Source of the DNA: an archaeon | Lineage (GTDB): Archaea; Asgardarchaeota; Thorarchaeia; Thorarchaeales; Thorarchaeaceae | NCBI GenBank assembly: GCA_024276825.1 | Contig: JAJRWI010000003.1 | Coordinates: 27,323-91,322 of the forward strand | Reading direction: 5' to 3' | DNA length: 64,000 nucleotides | Shown here: positions 38,936 through 50,025 of the stretch, in pieces | Numbering within the stretch: position 1 is the first letter of the stretch | Layout: every line of letters begins with the position of its first letter | The notes under the pieces: generated by a model | What the model was told of the DNA's origin: nothing | The model's database searches: none | Seen by the model: only the letters and a program-made list of their open reading frames with translations | Position numbers and translations under genes: made by a program

Positions 38936-40024
38936 TTGAAGATATTGAAACGCGTATTAAAAGAGGGCAAAATCGTTCTCAAAATTGATGTGCTTGATGA
39001 CCTCTGGCACCTGTATAATGTCTTACTTCCTGGTGATACTGTGATTGCACGAACAGTTCGGAGAGTGAGAATAGGGGATGAGGAGTCAAGGAAGCAGGAG
39101 AGTGTGCGAAAGCCAATGGTACTCACAATCCTTGTTGAGGACATTTCATTCCATGCATTCAGCAATCGTGTGAGAGTTCTGGGAAAGATCGTTGAGGGGC
39201 CCCGTGATCTCGTCAGTATCGGATCCCATCATACAATCAATGTTGAGGTCGGAAGTACAATCACAATAATCAAGGACCACTGGCCACGTTATCTATTAAA
39301 ACGGCTAGAAGAGGCTGAGAAGACAAGTGGTAACCCTGTGTGTCTGATTGTGACCATTGAGGATGGGTCCGCAGTGTTGTTTCTCGCTGCAGACTATGGT
39401 CTTAAAGAGGTTGTCAGGGTGAGGACAAGTATCTCAAGGAAACGTGGTGATCAGAAGTCGTATGACAAGTCAATGAGAGAGTTCTTCTCAGAAGTTGCAA
39501 TGGTGATAAGATCTCAACTAGAGCAGAATGAGGTAGCACTTGTAGTTATTGCGGGTCCCGGATTTGTGAAAGACCATTTTAGAGAGTACTTGTCAACAGT
39601 AGGCATCAAAGGGTTGCCACCAGTCATAGTAGAGAGCACCAACTCCACAGGGGTTCCAGGGGCCAAAGAGTTGTTGTTTAGAGGAGTCATTGGTGCTGCC
39701 ATTAGAGGCCTGAAACTTGAAACCGAAACCAAGCTGATAGATGAACTCATCACGCATATTGCCAAGGACGACGGACTTGCAACTTATGGAGATGCAGAGG
39801 TTGAGCGTGCTGTCGAGTATGGTGCAGTGGAGCACCTTCTGATAACCGATAAGAAGCTCAGGGAGGGCAATGATGAACAGAGGCGGAGAATTGACAAGAT
39901 GATCAGGATGGCAGAACAGAATAGGTCCAATCTACATATTGTATCTACCGAACATCCTGCAGGAGACCAATTGCAAAATATTGGAGGTATTGCTGCGATT
40001 CTTAGGTTCAAGATGGCTGACTAG
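38936..40024 (+). CDS. pelA: Pelota/Dom34 ribosome rescue factor
   Basis: DDLWHL, GSHHT, AGPGF, GGIAAILRF. Confidence 0.95.
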   Translation: MKILKRVLKEGKIVLKIDVLDDLWHLYNVLLPGDTVIARTVRRVRIGDEESRKQESVRKPMVLTILVEDISFHAFSNRVRVLGKIVEGPRDLVSIGSHHTINVEVGSTITIIKDHWPRYLLKRLEEAEKTSGNPVCLIVTIEDGSAVLFLAADYGLKEVVRVRTSISRKRGDQKSYDKSMREFFSEVAMVIRSQLEQNEVALVVIAGPGFVKDHFREYLSTVGIKGLPPVIVESTNSTGVPGAKELLFRGVIGAAIRGLKLETETKLIDELITHIAKDDGLATYGDAEVERAVEYGAVEHLLITDKKLREGNDEQRRRIDKMIRMAEQNRSNLHIVSTEHPAGDQLQNIGGIAAILRFKMAD

Positions 40025-41136
40025 AGGGGATTGAACATCACCTGAAGTCTGTCCCACGAGGGATATTCGTAGGCGATTCCCATCTCTATCGCTGTCCCCA
40101 TAGTCAGGCTCTCTCTTAGGATTCCTGCAATCTCATCCAATATCCATGGTGCGACCTCTACCCTCATCCTCTGAGTGTCCACATTCAATAAGTCATTTGG
40201 AACATCGAACTCATTTTGTAGGATGTCTGCTACTTCGAAAAGCTGACTATGTGTGAGAGTATGCCCATGCGGCGCTCTAATCACACCAAGAATTAGAAGG
40301 GGTTCATCTTCAGACTGCTCCTCAAATGGCCTGATTGTGTTTTTAAGGCGTCTTTTGAGCCTATTGCGCATTTGGATGGAGTCTTTGTATGATGCTGGGC
40401 AGAAATGAATTGAGAGTTTCTTAGTTGCATTTGATGCCCAGTGAAGAAACTCTTCTGCGGTTTCTCTGCTGCCAGCAATGGCAGATGCTTCAAGACTGAC
40501 CAATCGTAGACCCCTTGACGTCAGGCGTGCAAAGTTTGTTTCGCTGGCCTCAAGTTCATTGATATTCATGAATGAAACCCCCATCTCTTCTGCACGTTTG
40601 GCGGTCTTCATAAGTGCATCGACCCTGTTTGGGATTGAGGGCACTTCAATACCAACATCAAGGTTCAATTCTACCGCAGCACTCACAGCACACCAGTCAG
40701 CGCTCTGAGGGTGAAACCTAATCTCATCAAGCCCTGCATCTTTCAAGACATGTATTGTTTCATCATCAGCATCGGACTTGCTTGTGTAAAGATGGATGTG
40801 ATAATCTTGGCCGTACCTCTCCTTTAAGACTTGAATGTAGTGAGTCGTTCGGTCTAGGACACATAAGGGTTCACCACCACTGATTCCAGCCCCCTCGCTG
40901 TTGATAGAGTCTGCTTCAATGAAAATATCATCATCGGTGCTCACTGGTATCTCATCAGCAAAAGTCACATCTCTGTCCTTTTTTGCCTTTGATAGGGGGC
41001 AATAGAAACATGAACTATCACATAATCCAGTCACAAGAAGGGTCATCTTTGACCCTCGGGCACAGTGTATGCACCCTTCTGGTAATTCCCCTATGATTAA
41101 AGATCCACCATCCAACCTTATTATCTTCCTCGCCAT
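40021..41136 (-). CDS. Radical SAM protein (COG2108-like)
   Basis: LPEGC..C, TGLC-x3-CFYCP, DEIRFHP. Confidence 0.85.
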   Translation of the reverse strand: MARKIIRLDGGSLIIGELPEGCIHCARGSKMTLLVTGLCDSSCFYCPLSKAKKDRDVTFADEIPVSTDDDIFIEADSINSEGAGISGGEPLCVLDRTTHYIQVLKERYGQDYHIHLYTSKSDADDETIHVLKDAGLDEIRFHPQSADWCAVSAAVELNLDVGIEVPSIPNRVDALMKTAKRAEEMGVSFMNINELEASETNFARLTSRGLRLVSLEASAIAGSRETAEEFLHWASNATKKLSIHFCPASYKDSIQMRNRLKRRLKNTIRPFEEQSEDEPLLILGVIRAPHGHTLTHSQLFEVADILQNEFDVPNDLLNVDTQRMRVEVAPWILDEIAGILRESLTMGTAIEMGIAYEYPSWDRLQVMFNPL

Positions 41137-41147
41137 GTCTGATCACT

Positions 41148-41855
41148 TCATCTCTCCCTGCGGTCAATGGTTCTTCTGAGAGCAGGGTCACGGTCCTTTA
41201 GGGCCTTTGCTACCTCTTCAAAGCTCTCACCACTATTCAGGACGCGTGTGAGGTAGACCCCAGTTCTCCCAACAGTATCACGTCTAGTCAGGACTCTGAC
41301 CCGCTCATGTGCAATGTCAATACTGACTCCAAGGAGTCTAGATACCTCGGATTCATGTCCTATGACTCCCGATTCAATATGACCGGTTTCGGTCGGTCGA
41401 ATCAGCACCAGGCGCTTGTCAACACCAGGCACTCTTCTGTCTTTTTCAAGCCCTTCAATATCAACTTGACCACCCCATTTGTAAAACTCCAACTCGCGCG
41501 TTCTGAGCTTGAAGAGCGGAAAAGTCACTGTCACATCATGATCCAAGTAGATATGCCCCTTAAGGACCATTGTTGGAGTTGCCTGAACAAGTTCACGTCT
41601 AATCCATCTATCAACAGCCAGCTCTATCCGAAAACTGGCTATTGGGTGCGGGATGATTATATCAATGTCTGAATTCTCATTCACATCACCCCTTGCCACA
41701 GAACCATAAACAAATGAGGGCACCCCGTTCTTCGCAAGGACTTCCATGACTTCTATGGCGTGTTCCCTCTTCTGATGGAGAAGATTCCAGTGAGCTTCAT
41801 TATAAAACACCTCTCGTGCATCATGAAGAGTTTCAGGCTTCTTTGCCAAGATCAA
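41148..41855 (-). CDS. Pol-beta-like nucleotidyltransferase (COG2413-like)
   Basis: YGSVARGDV..SDID, RVPGVDKRL, GRTGVY. Confidence 0.85.
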   Translation of the reverse strand: MILAKKPETLHDAREVFYNEAHWNLLHQKREHAIEVMEVLAKNGVPSFVYGSVARGDVNENSDIDIIIPHPIASFRIELAVDRWIRRELVQATPTMVLKGHIYLDHDVTVTFPLFKLRTRELEFYKWGGQVDIEGLEKDRRVPGVDKRLVLIRPTETGHIESGVIGHESEVSRLLGVSIDIAHERVRVLTRRDTVGRTGVYLTRVLNSGESFEEVAKALKDRDPALRRTIDRRER

Positions 41856-42781
41856 TCCTCCAGATCAGCGAGAATAGAACATGCCTTGCAAATCCTGCCT
41901 GAGGTGACCTCACCACAAATAGAGCAATAATTGATCTGTGTCTTTGAAGCAGTCTGTTCGAATGCCCTAATTATTTCATCCCCAGAGCGCATAATTGCCA
42001 GTAGAGTACCAGGACGCTTGAATTCCATACTATTGAGGAACACCCGAATGTCATTTCGATAGGCTTCATTTGCATAGGGACACGGAACATCATGATATGG
42101 CAGCTCGTTATGATAGGCATAAGCTATGACGTCCCTCTCTGTGATCTCAATCAAGGGTTTAACTCTGGGCACAAACCCTTCAATGGGATGATTTCTTGAC
42201 CTGTTTGTCCTTGCAATTCTACGACTATCACCCCGCATCATGTTCATCATTATTGTCTGTGCCTCATCATCAAGGATGTGTCCCGTTGCCACAACATCTG
42301 CTTTGACTTCTTGTGCGGCCCTGTTCAGAGCCCTTCTTCTGAATACACCACAATATGAACATGCACCAAGACTATTAGAAACCCCCTTCTTTTGTATAAT
42401 CTCATCAAGGGAGTAACCAAATAGGTCTTTAAAGGATTTCACCACCAGTTCGAAACCTAGGCTATCTGTGAGCTGCCTTGCTGCTTGCAATGCCTTATCG
42501 CGATAGCCCTTTATACCCTCATCAACAATAATTGGAATGAGAGTGGCATCGGGATAGTTTGCCTCAAGGCGGAATAATATGTCTAGGAGGACTGCACTAT
42601 CCTTCCCTCCAGATATACCAACAGCTATCCTGTCAGTTTCTCTGAACATCTTTCGTTTATTGATTGCGCGTCTGACCCTCTGAAATGTGGTTTCTCGCAG
42701 ACATGTTTTACAGAGATGTTCTGCGGTATATCTCCTGTAGTACACTGCAGGGTTATCACACTTCGAACAATACGGACTCAA
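41852..42781 (-). CDS. ncsA: tRNA 2-thiolation protein (NcsA/TtuA, TIGR00269-like)
   Basis: SGGKDS PP-loop, CSYCGVFRR, N- and C-terminal Zn fingers. Confidence 0.85.
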   Translation of the reverse strand: MSPYCSKCDNPAVYYRRYTAEHLCKTCLRETTFQRVRRAINKRKMFRETDRIAVGISGGKDSAVLLDILFRLEANYPDATLIPIIVDEGIKGYRDKALQAARQLTDSLGFELVVKSFKDLFGYSLDEIIQKKGVSNSLGACSYCGVFRRRALNRAAQEVKADVVATGHILDDEAQTIMMNMMRGDSRRIARTNRSRNHPIEGFVPRVKPLIEITERDVIAYAYHNELPYHDVPCPYANEAYRNDIRVFLNSMEFKRPGTLLAIMRSGDEIIRAFEQTASKTQINYCSICGEVTSGRICKACSILADLED

Positions 42782-42859
42782 TGATTCAAATCACCTTAAT
42801 TGTTTGTGAGCCATTAGTCATTGTGGCTAATGATGATTTGCATTTTGACCTTGGTCACA

Positions 42860-44029
42860 TCAGAATAATCCCTTGCCCATTATCAGACTTAATATCATGC
42901 TTCCAAGTACGATTATCAATGCGATTATTCTTATAGGCCACATGATCATCTGTATTTTTTTCTCATCTTTAATGCGAAGGCTGAGTGCATTAGACAGCAA
43001 TTTGTCGCCATCGAGCATTGGTATTGGAAGTAGGTTGAATATTGCCACTGAGAATAGAATGATGAATGTCCATTGCAATAGCATGGCAGCATGGAATGCA
43101 AACATTGGCCCACCAGGTATCCATTCCCAGCCAGGCTTGGGCTCCCAGTAATCCACACCGATTATCCCGATATACCCAATAGACGAGTTCATTTGGTTTG
43201 TGCCTAACGTCACGTTTACCTGTCGAGTGGTGGTGTCTATGATTAGTAGGGCACCCGGAGTTGTATTGGCCATGTATTGATGGATATCTGACCATCCATC
43301 TATTGGTGTGCCATTTAGTGCAACAATCACATCACCTACTACAAGATTCCCATCTGCCGGTGACCCATCCATTACTTCATAGATATAGGCTCCACTTGGA
43401 GGATTGAAACCGACTGACATTATGGCGGCAAAGTTGGATATTAGTAAGAACACTATGAATGCTGTAATAAGATTGGCCCATGACCCTGCCGCAAGGAGTC
43501 TCATCCTTTCTCTGGGAGTTGCCTTGTTTTCAAACTCTTCTTCATCTGGCTCAACAAACCCTCCGAAAAGCACATAGAAGAAGAGAAGACCTGAACTCTT
43601 GATTGTGATTCCATCTCTTGCAGATGCAAGCCCATGTGCAAACTCATGTGTGATAAGAGTTATTGCCAGAGCAATTATGATATACAACAGGGGCAGACCA
43701 GTTATTGTCACACCTGGAATTATTGGCACAACCCCACCAGCGGAGCTAGGCTTCACAAAGAAGTTGATAAAATTGACACCAAGCATGTAGAAGCCAAATA
43801 TCATACCGCCGAAGGCAACAAAGATACCGATATTGAATATGACATGTGGTACTCTCTTTCCAGCCCGCGTCAGAATTGAGTTTAGTCGTTCAGTCTTGAA
43901 AAGAATGAATAGGGGAGTACTTGCCTCTATTCCCCTCTCGCTCAACCTCTCAAAGCCGATGAGCTGAGCGACTACATAGATTACTATGTAGATTAATGCA
44001 ATGTATAAGAGAAGTGTGAGCTGGTCCAT
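42860..44029 (-). CDS. Site-2 protease (M50) with PDZ domain
   Basis: HEFAH, GGFVEPDE, NLLPIPMLDG. Confidence 0.92.
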   Translation of the reverse strand: MDQLTLLLYIALIYIVIYVVAQLIGFERLSERGIEASTPLFILFKTERLNSILTRAGKRVPHVIFNIGIFVAFGGMIFGFYMLGVNFINFFVKPSSAGGVVPIIPGVTITGLPLLYIIIALAITLITHEFAHGLASARDGITIKSSGLLFFYVLFGGFVEPDEEEFENKATPRERMRLLAAGSWANLITAFIVFLLISNFAAIMSVGFNPPSGAYIYEVMDGSPADGNLVVGDVIVALNGTPIDGWSDIHQYMANTTPGALLIIDTTTRQVNVTLGTNQMNSSIGYIGIIGVDYWEPKPGWEWIPGGPMFAFHAAMLLQWTFIILFSVAIFNLLPIPMLDGDKLLSNALSLRIKDEKKIQMIMWPIRIIALIIVLGSMILSLIMGKGLF

Positions 44030-44228
44030 GGGTGGTCAAGTCCAATCGCTGTGATTACAAAGAATCCCTTTCAATTATGATATAATGCTTTTGTACTGGG
44101 ACAATTTTGACAGAACTATGCTGAACTTTACTATCCATTTTGTCCAACCAAAATCCTCATAAAGTGATTGTTCACTATCGCAACAGCCCCGCAAGGGAGT
44201 AATACAGTTCTAGGTGGGCGAAAGACCA

Positions 44229-44612
44229 TTGCCATTCAAACTAGTCATTTCAGATCCCGAAACCGGAAAGGCCATTCAATATGAGTTAGATGATACTAAG
44301 ACAAATGCACTAATTGGCAAGAGAGTTGGTGACATAATTGAAGGAGATGTTATCGGCCTTCCTGGCTATAAATTGAAGATTACAGGTGGGAGTGACACAT
44401 CAGGCTTTCCAATCAGACCAGATGTGCATGGCAGTGGTAAAAAGAGAGTTTTGATCCGTGGACCCCCTGGCTTTAGGCCCAAGAGGAGGGGAATTGCCCG
44501 AAGAAAGACTGTTCGTGGCAGGGAACTTGGTCCAGACATTGCACAGGTGAATATGCGTATTGAAGAGAAGGGCAGCACTCCGCTAGAAGAGATTGTCATG
44601 GCCACAGGCTAA
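44229..44612 (+). CDS. rps6e: Ribosomal protein eS6
   Basis: FKLVISDP, LKITGGSD.SGFP, RKTVRG. Confidence 0.95.
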   Translation: MPFKLVISDPETGKAIQYELDDTKTNALIGKRVGDIIEGDVIGLPGYKLKITGGSDTSGFPIRPDVHGSGKKRVLIRGPPGFRPKRRGIARRKTVRGRELGPDIAQVNMRIEEKGSTPLEEIVMATG

Positions 44613-44722
44613 CAATGGAAGTCATGCAATACTGATTGTCACCTGCAGCACTCATTATATTGGTCTCAAGGGACAACTTCATAAGAAACCTTCAGGATAA
44701 CCGAAATGGAAGTGAGGCATAG

Positions 44723-45964
44723 GTGACACGTAAGTACGAAGGTCAGTCAGAAGTCAACATAGGAGCCCTTGGACACGTTGATCATGGCAAGACAACAATG
44801 GTTGAGTATCTCACAGGTGATTGGACAGACAGGCACTCTGATGAGGTGAGGAGAGGAATATCAATAAGGCTCGGCTATGCTGCAACCACGCTTCTGAAAT
44901 GCCCCAAGTGCCCAGAGCCAGATTGCTATACTACCTCACACCTTGCCAAAGATGGTAAATGCCCCAAGTGTGGAGCAGAGCTGGAGCGTCTAAGAGAGAT
45001 ATCATTTGTCGATAGTCCGGGTCACGAGTCATTAATGGCTACATGTCTTAGCGGAGCCAGTCTCATGGATGGTGCTATTTTGGTCATTGCAGCCAACGAA
45101 CCATGTCCCATGCCCCAGACTTCTGAGCACCTTCATGCACTTCAGATAATTGGTGTTGACAAGATTATCATAGTCCAGAACAAAATTGAACTTGTGTCCA
45201 AAGAACAGGCAATCAAGCATTATAAGCAGATCAAGGAGTTTATCAAGGGGACCATTGCCGAAAATGCCCCTATCATCCCCTTCTCTGCAGTGTTTGGAGC
45301 CAATGCGGACATTCTCATTCAAAAGATTCAGGAGATAATCCCCACTCCAGAGCGTGATGATACTGCCCAGCCTAAAATGTTTGTTGCACGATCATTTGAT
45401 ATAAACAAGCCTGGTACACATCCTGCTGATCTGAAGGGTGGCGTCATTGGGGGTTCTATTGTTCAAGGCAAGCTCAGAGTCGGTGATGAGATTGAGATAT
45501 CTCCGGGACATAGGACCGATAAGGGCTTCAAACCACTCAAGACAAAAATTGTTAGTCTTCTCTCTGGAAGTGGAAACCAGTTGCAAGAGGCCTATCCGGG
45601 TGGTCTAATTGGTGTTGGAACTGGTCTAGATCCATCATTCACTCGTGCTGATAGACTCGTTGGAAATGTAGTCGGTAAGGCAGGCAAACTCCCAGAAATC
45701 ATCCACAAGCTTGTAATCACTCCACATCTGATGCAACGCGTTGTTGGAATGGAGTCAAAAAAGGAGGTTGACAACCTCCGCCTAAATGAGCCCCTGATGC
45801 TAGTCATTGGTACTGCCCCCACTGTTGGCGTGATCACACGTCTTCATGGGGAACAGATTGAACTCACTCTCAAGAGGCCAGTCTGTGCTGAAAAGGGGCA
45901 ACGAGTGGCCATTGGCCGTCGAGTTGACAATAAATGGCGACTCATCGGTTATGCAGAGGTATGA
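44723..45964 (+). CDS. eif2g: Translation initiation factor 2 gamma
   Basis: [35 protein letters not shown]. Confidence 0.96.
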   Translation: MTRKYEGQSEVNIGALGHVDHGKTTMVEYLTGDWTDRHSDEVRRGISIRLGYAATTLLKCPKCPEPDCYTTSHLAKDGKCPKCGAELERLREISFVDSPGHESLMATCLSGASLMDGAILVIAANEPCPMPQTSEHLHALQIIGVDKIIIVQNKIELVSKEQAIKHYKQIKEFIKGTIAENAPIIPFSAVFGANADILIQKIQEIIPTPERDDTAQPKMFVARSFDINKPGTHPADLKGGVIGGSIVQGKLRVGDEIEISPGHRTDKGFKPLKTKIVSLLSGSGNQLQEAYPGGLIGVGTGLDPSFTRADRLVGNVVGKAGKLPEIIHKLVITPHLMQRVVGMESKKEVDNLRLNEPLMLVIGTAPTVGVITRLHGEQIELTLKRPVCAEKGQRVAIGRRVDNKWRLIGYAEV

Positions 45965-46389
45965 AATATCTTCAAAATGTGAGAATATTGCCAGTCAAGA
46001 TTGTCCTCGATACAAACTTCCTCACTATCCCTGCAGAGTTTGGAGTCGATATATTCTCTGAGGTTAAACGCGTCATCGAACGTAGTGTCATTTTCATTGT
46101 CCTCCAACCAGTCCTTACTGAGATAGAGTACAGACTTGCTAGGCCCCGCAACAAGGCAGAGGAACGTAAGTTTCGAATTGCTATGAGCATGATAGATCGT
46201 TGCGATGTGGTGAGTGTTCATTCCAGTGATATGCCAGTTGATGATGTGCTTATTGATTATGCACATTCCAATAATGCAGTCATTGCTACATGTGACAAGG
46301 AACTCAAGAGAAAGGCCAAGAACGAGGGCATTCCAGTCCTATATCTTCGCGGCAGAAAGTATATAGCACTTGACGGTTCTGTTCTGTGA
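45961..46389 (+). CDS. PIN-domain protein (Fcf1/Utp24-like)
   Basis: VLDTNF, VDD, ATCDKEL; conserved position after eif2g. Confidence 0.85.
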   Translation: MKYLQNVRILPVKIVLDTNFLTIPAEFGVDIFSEVKRVIERSVIFIVLQPVLTEIEYRLARPRNKAEERKFRIAMSMIDRCDVVSVHSSDMPVDDVLIDYAHSNNAVIATCDKELKRKAKNEGIPVLYLRGRKYIALDGSVL

Positions 46390-46575
46390 TATACTCCAGC
46401 AATTCTCATTCTTCAGGAAGTTGTTGGCAGTCAGGTTTTGTTTGTCTTATCTTATTCTATGACAAATCTTACTGCTTTTGTGTCAGCTTTATGAATAAGT
46501 TTAAATCGCTTTTTCGCAACTCCCTCTTACTGACGAGCTTCCCAAGTTCATCAGATTTGGTCTAATTAACAGAAT

Positions 46576-46689
46576 AGCGGGTTGGGGAAGCCAGGTCGTA
46601 TCCCGCAGGGCTCATAATCGATGTTGGCAAATGGCCAATATTCATGAGGCACCCTGAGATCGCAGGTTCGAATCCTGCACCCGCTACCA
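46576..46689 (+). tRNA. trnM: Initiator tRNA-Met(CAT) with 34-nt intron (46617-46650)
   Basis: A1-U72 acceptor AGCGGGT/ACCCGCT, GGG/CCC anticodon stem, BHB helix CTCA/TGAG. Confidence 0.9.
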
Positions 46690-46753
46690 TTTTCAGATAA
46701 CTTGGTTTTCCAACTCACAAAATGACCTACCGCAGATTATTAATCAATATAAT

Positions 46754-48379
46754 ATGCATGCTATGTGGACCGATATGCTGAATAAAACAGATATCTATTC
46801 ACTCTATAGAGAGATCATTGAGGCGTTATTGAACTCTGAGAGTGCACTTGATAGAAACACTATAAATCGAATCAAGAACAGAGTGTGTGCCAGATACGGT
46901 GCCTCACGGGTCCCTTCTAATGCTGATGTTTTGCAAGTTGCCATTCCAGAAGAACTAGAGATTCTCAGACCGTTAATGCGAAAGCGTCCTGTCCGCACAG
47001 CCTCAGGAGTCGCCATAGTCGCAGTTATGACTGAGCCCCATAAGTGTCCTCACGGAAAATGCGCCTATTGTCCTGGGGGGCCTGACCTTGGGGTTCCACA
47101 GAGCTATACTGGTTTTGAGCCAGCCACAATGAGGGGAATTCAACATAAGTTTGACCCATACCAACAGGTCAGAAGCAGGCTTAACCAACTCAGCACAATT
47201 GGGCATAGTACTGAGAAGACTGAACTCATAGTCATGGGCGGAGACTGGTGCTCAAAGCCATGGGGCTATAGAGTGAACTTTGTTAAGGGTTGCCTAGATG
47301 CAATGAATGGTGTTGTCAGCAGCAATATCGAGAAGGCCAAGATCCTCAATGAAACCGCCCCTGCTAGGAATGTGGGAATGACTTTTGAAACCCGTCCAGA
47401 CTGGGTCAACCCACAGACTATCGATGAGATGCTTCAGCTGGGGGCAACACGCGTCGAGATAGGAGTACAAAGCCTGTCAGATCGTATACTCGAACTTGTT
47501 GAGCGTGGACATGGTGTGGATGCCACCATTACTGCTACCAAGATGTTGAAAGACAGTGGTCTGAAGGTATGTTATCATATGATGCCAGGGCTGCCAGGCA
47601 GCTCTCCAGAGCAGGATTTTCGTGAGTTCGAACGGCTATTTGATGACCAACAGTTCAGGCCAGATATGCTAAAGATATACCCTACAATAGTTGTGAAGAA
47701 CACGAAGCTCTATGACTGGTGGAAAAGTGGAGAATATGAGCCTTATTCAACCGAACAGATAGTGGACCTCATTGCAAGGGCAGTCAGTAGCATGCCAGAA
47801 TATGTTAGAATTCAGAGGATGCAAAGAGACATCCCATTACACCAGATTGAGGCAGGTCTTGATAAGGGCAACCTGAGAGAGCTTGTGCATCGTAAAATGA
47901 CAAAGGAAAACCTGAGAAACCCGACCATCAGGTATAGAGAGATTGGGCATTATCAGATGAGAACTAACGAGTATGTTAATCCAGACAGGATTCAACTTGT
48001 TCATCGAAAATACAGGGCATCTGATGTGACTGAAACCTTCATATCCTTTGAGGAACCAGACCTTGATGTGATATTCGGATTCCTACGCCTACGGGCTCCA
48101 AGTGCCGATGCCTACAGACCCGAGATCAATGAGAAGCCTGCGGTCATAATTCGTGAACTACGAGTCTACGGTCCAGTCGTCGAGATTGGGCAGCGTGCTG
48201 CTGATGCATGGCAACATCTGGGTCTGGGGGAGCAGATGATTCAAGAGGCGGAGAAGCTAGGACGTGAGGAGTTTGATGCCAAAAGAATCATTGTCACCAG
48301 CGGTCTTGGTGTCAAGGGATATTATCGAGCATTGGGTTTCGAGAACCTTGGTCCATATATGACAAAGAGCCTAGATTAA
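46754..48379 (+). CDS. elp3: tRNA U34 acetyltransferase Elp3
   Basis: CPHGKCAYCPGG, ETRPD, RELRVYG, WQHLGLG. Confidence 0.94.
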   Translation: MHAMWTDMLNKTDIYSLYREIIEALLNSESALDRNTINRIKNRVCARYGASRVPSNADVLQVAIPEELEILRPLMRKRPVRTASGVAIVAVMTEPHKCPHGKCAYCPGGPDLGVPQSYTGFEPATMRGIQHKFDPYQQVRSRLNQLSTIGHSTEKTELIVMGGDWCSKPWGYRVNFVKGCLDAMNGVVSSNIEKAKILNETAPARNVGMTFETRPDWVNPQTIDEMLQLGATRVEIGVQSLSDRILELVERGHGVDATITATKMLKDSGLKVCYHMMPGLPGSSPEQDFREFERLFDDQQFRPDMLKIYPTIVVKNTKLYDWWKSGEYEPYSTEQIVDLIARAVSSMPEYVRIQRMQRDIPLHQIEAGLDKGNLRELVHRKMTKENLRNPTIRYREIGHYQMRTNEYVNPDRIQLVHRKYRASDVTETFISFEEPDLDVIFGFLRLRAPSADAYRPEINEKPAVIIRELRVYGPVVEIGQRAADAWQHLGLGEQMIQEAEKLGREEFDAKRIIVTSGLGVKGYYRALGFENLGPYMTKSLD

Positions 48380-48415
48380 GAGAAGTTCAGTGCCTCAATT
48401 ATTCAGAAGAGTTAA

Positions 48416-48533
48416 TGGCGCCGAGGGAGAGATTTGAACTCTCGCGTGCATTGCACACCGGTTATATAGCCACAAGACGATAGGTCTTGAAGATTCAAGA
48501 CCGGCGCCGTGGTCCGGGCTTGGCTACCTCGGC
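48416..48533 (-). tRNA. trnS: tRNA-Ser(TGA) with 30-nt intron (48464-48493)
   Basis: GCCGAGG/CCTCGGC acceptor, G73, long variable arm, CCGGT/ACCGG anticodon stem. Confidence 0.88.
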
Positions 48534-48617
48534 AGAGATATACTAGACTGATTATTTCTTCCAATCGAATGTCCTTTTAAGCTTCTTGTATTGGAAAAGA
48601 GCTAGGAGTGAAGTGAT

Positions 48618-49049
48618 ATGGAAAAGCAGTATAGATATCATGATCACACGGCGGACATAACAATAGAGTGCTGGGGAATAACGCTAGAAGAGGCCTTTGA
48701 GAATGCGGCTCTGGCATCAATGGATGTGATTGTTGATATCAACACTGTAAAGGCCAAAAGGAGCATAGATGTTGAAGTGACTGGCATTGATTTGAAGGAG
48801 CTACTTGTAGAATGGATAGGACAGATACTTGCATTGATAGATATAGAGATCATGTTCTTCTCGAGATTTGAGATAATTAATATTAGCAAGAGGGATGATG
48901 AGTTTGTCCTTAAAGGTCGAGTGTATGGAGAAACTATTGATCCAGAACATCATGATATTCATACTGAGGTCAAAGCAATGACTTATGCCGACTTGAGGAT
49001 TGAGAGAGAACCTGACAAGACAACAATATGGTTCACACTGGACCTATGA
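48618..49049 (+). CDS. Archease
   Basis: DHTADI, LEEAFENAA, EVKAMTY, C-terminal LDL. Confidence 0.93.
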   Translation: MEKQYRYHDHTADITIECWGITLEEAFENAALASMDVIVDINTVKAKRSIDVEVTGIDLKELLVEWIGQILALIDIEIMFFSRFEIINISKRDDEFVLKGRVYGETIDPEHHDIHTEVKAMTYADLRIEREPDKTTIWFTLDL

Positions 49050-49050
49050 G

Positions 49051-49911
49051 TTGAGAATAGTGACATTAGAGGTGGCATTACCGGACTCGGCCCTTTCAGA
49101 AGTATCAGACTTGCGGGAAAAGACAATTAAGGCAGGCAGGATAGGAAGAGCACTTGCTGTATTTCGAGTGGATAGAGTGCTCATTTATACCACTGATGAT
49201 TATCAGTATAAGAGGGATAGGAACTTACTATTGCTGCTTCTAAGATACATGGACACGCCACAGTACTTGCGGCGTGTTGTGTTCCCCATGACTCCTGCTC
49301 TCAAATATGCTGGTCTATTGCCACCATTAAGGACACGGGGACACCCTCTTGAGAGCAGTGCCAGTAGGCTAACTGAGGGAGATATCAGATGGGGCATACA
49401 GACTAAGGAGGGAAGAGTCGACATAGGAGTAGATCAACCCGTCAATTACTCAGAACAGGTGAGTTCACGTACTCCAACGCTCTTTAAAATCATAAAGGTA
49501 TCACCCAGTATTAAGATTGAGAAGATAGACAGAGAGAGTATGAGTGAGTATATTGGATTTGAAACACGTAGTGCAAGAGATTTGGTCCAGTATCTCAGAG
49601 AGAATAGTCACATGTTGCGTGTGGTCTTTTCAAGAAATGGGACGCCATTTGACAGAATCGAGAGAGAGATTAGGGTATCTCTTGGTGAGAGAGGCGTCTT
49701 GGCAGTCTTTGGAGGTCCGCGGAGAGGTGTGATGGACATATTTGCAATGCGGAGGAATGAGATAAAGGACCATGTTGATTACTGGATCAATACAATTCCA
49801 CATCAGGGCACTGAAACGGTGCGTTTAGATGAGGCACTCTTCATTAGTCTTGGACTGTTGAATATTACGGTAGGGAGAGATATCTGCCGACGAGGATATT
49901 ATTCATACTAG
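49051..49911 (+). CDS. SPOUT RNA methyltransferase (DUF171 family)
   Basis: TPQYLR, AGLLPPL, VFGGP, NTIPHQGTETVR. Confidence 0.88.
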   Translation: MRIVTLEVALPDSALSEVSDLREKTIKAGRIGRALAVFRVDRVLIYTTDDYQYKRDRNLLLLLLRYMDTPQYLRRVVFPMTPALKYAGLLPPLRTRGHPLESSASRLTEGDIRWGIQTKEGRVDIGVDQPVNYSEQVSSRTPTLFKIIKVSPSIKIEKIDRESMSEYIGFETRSARDLVQYLRENSHMLRVVFSRNGTPFDRIEREIRVSLGERGVLAVFGGPRRGVMDIFAMRRNEIKDHVDYWINTIPHQGTETVRLDEALFISLGLLNITVGRDICRRGYYSY

Positions 49912-50025
49912 GAAAAAATCACCCTAGAGCAATGTTAAAAAGCATAATAATCGCGGTCATCGAATGTAGCACGAATAGCCCAGTTAAGAGGCCGTTCGAT
50001 GCAGGGAACAAAGTGGTGTTAATAT

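Noticed and set aside
40021-40024. Convergent genes sharing a CTAG stop overlap (also 56541-56544)
   Set aside because: Common in compact genomes; no further signal
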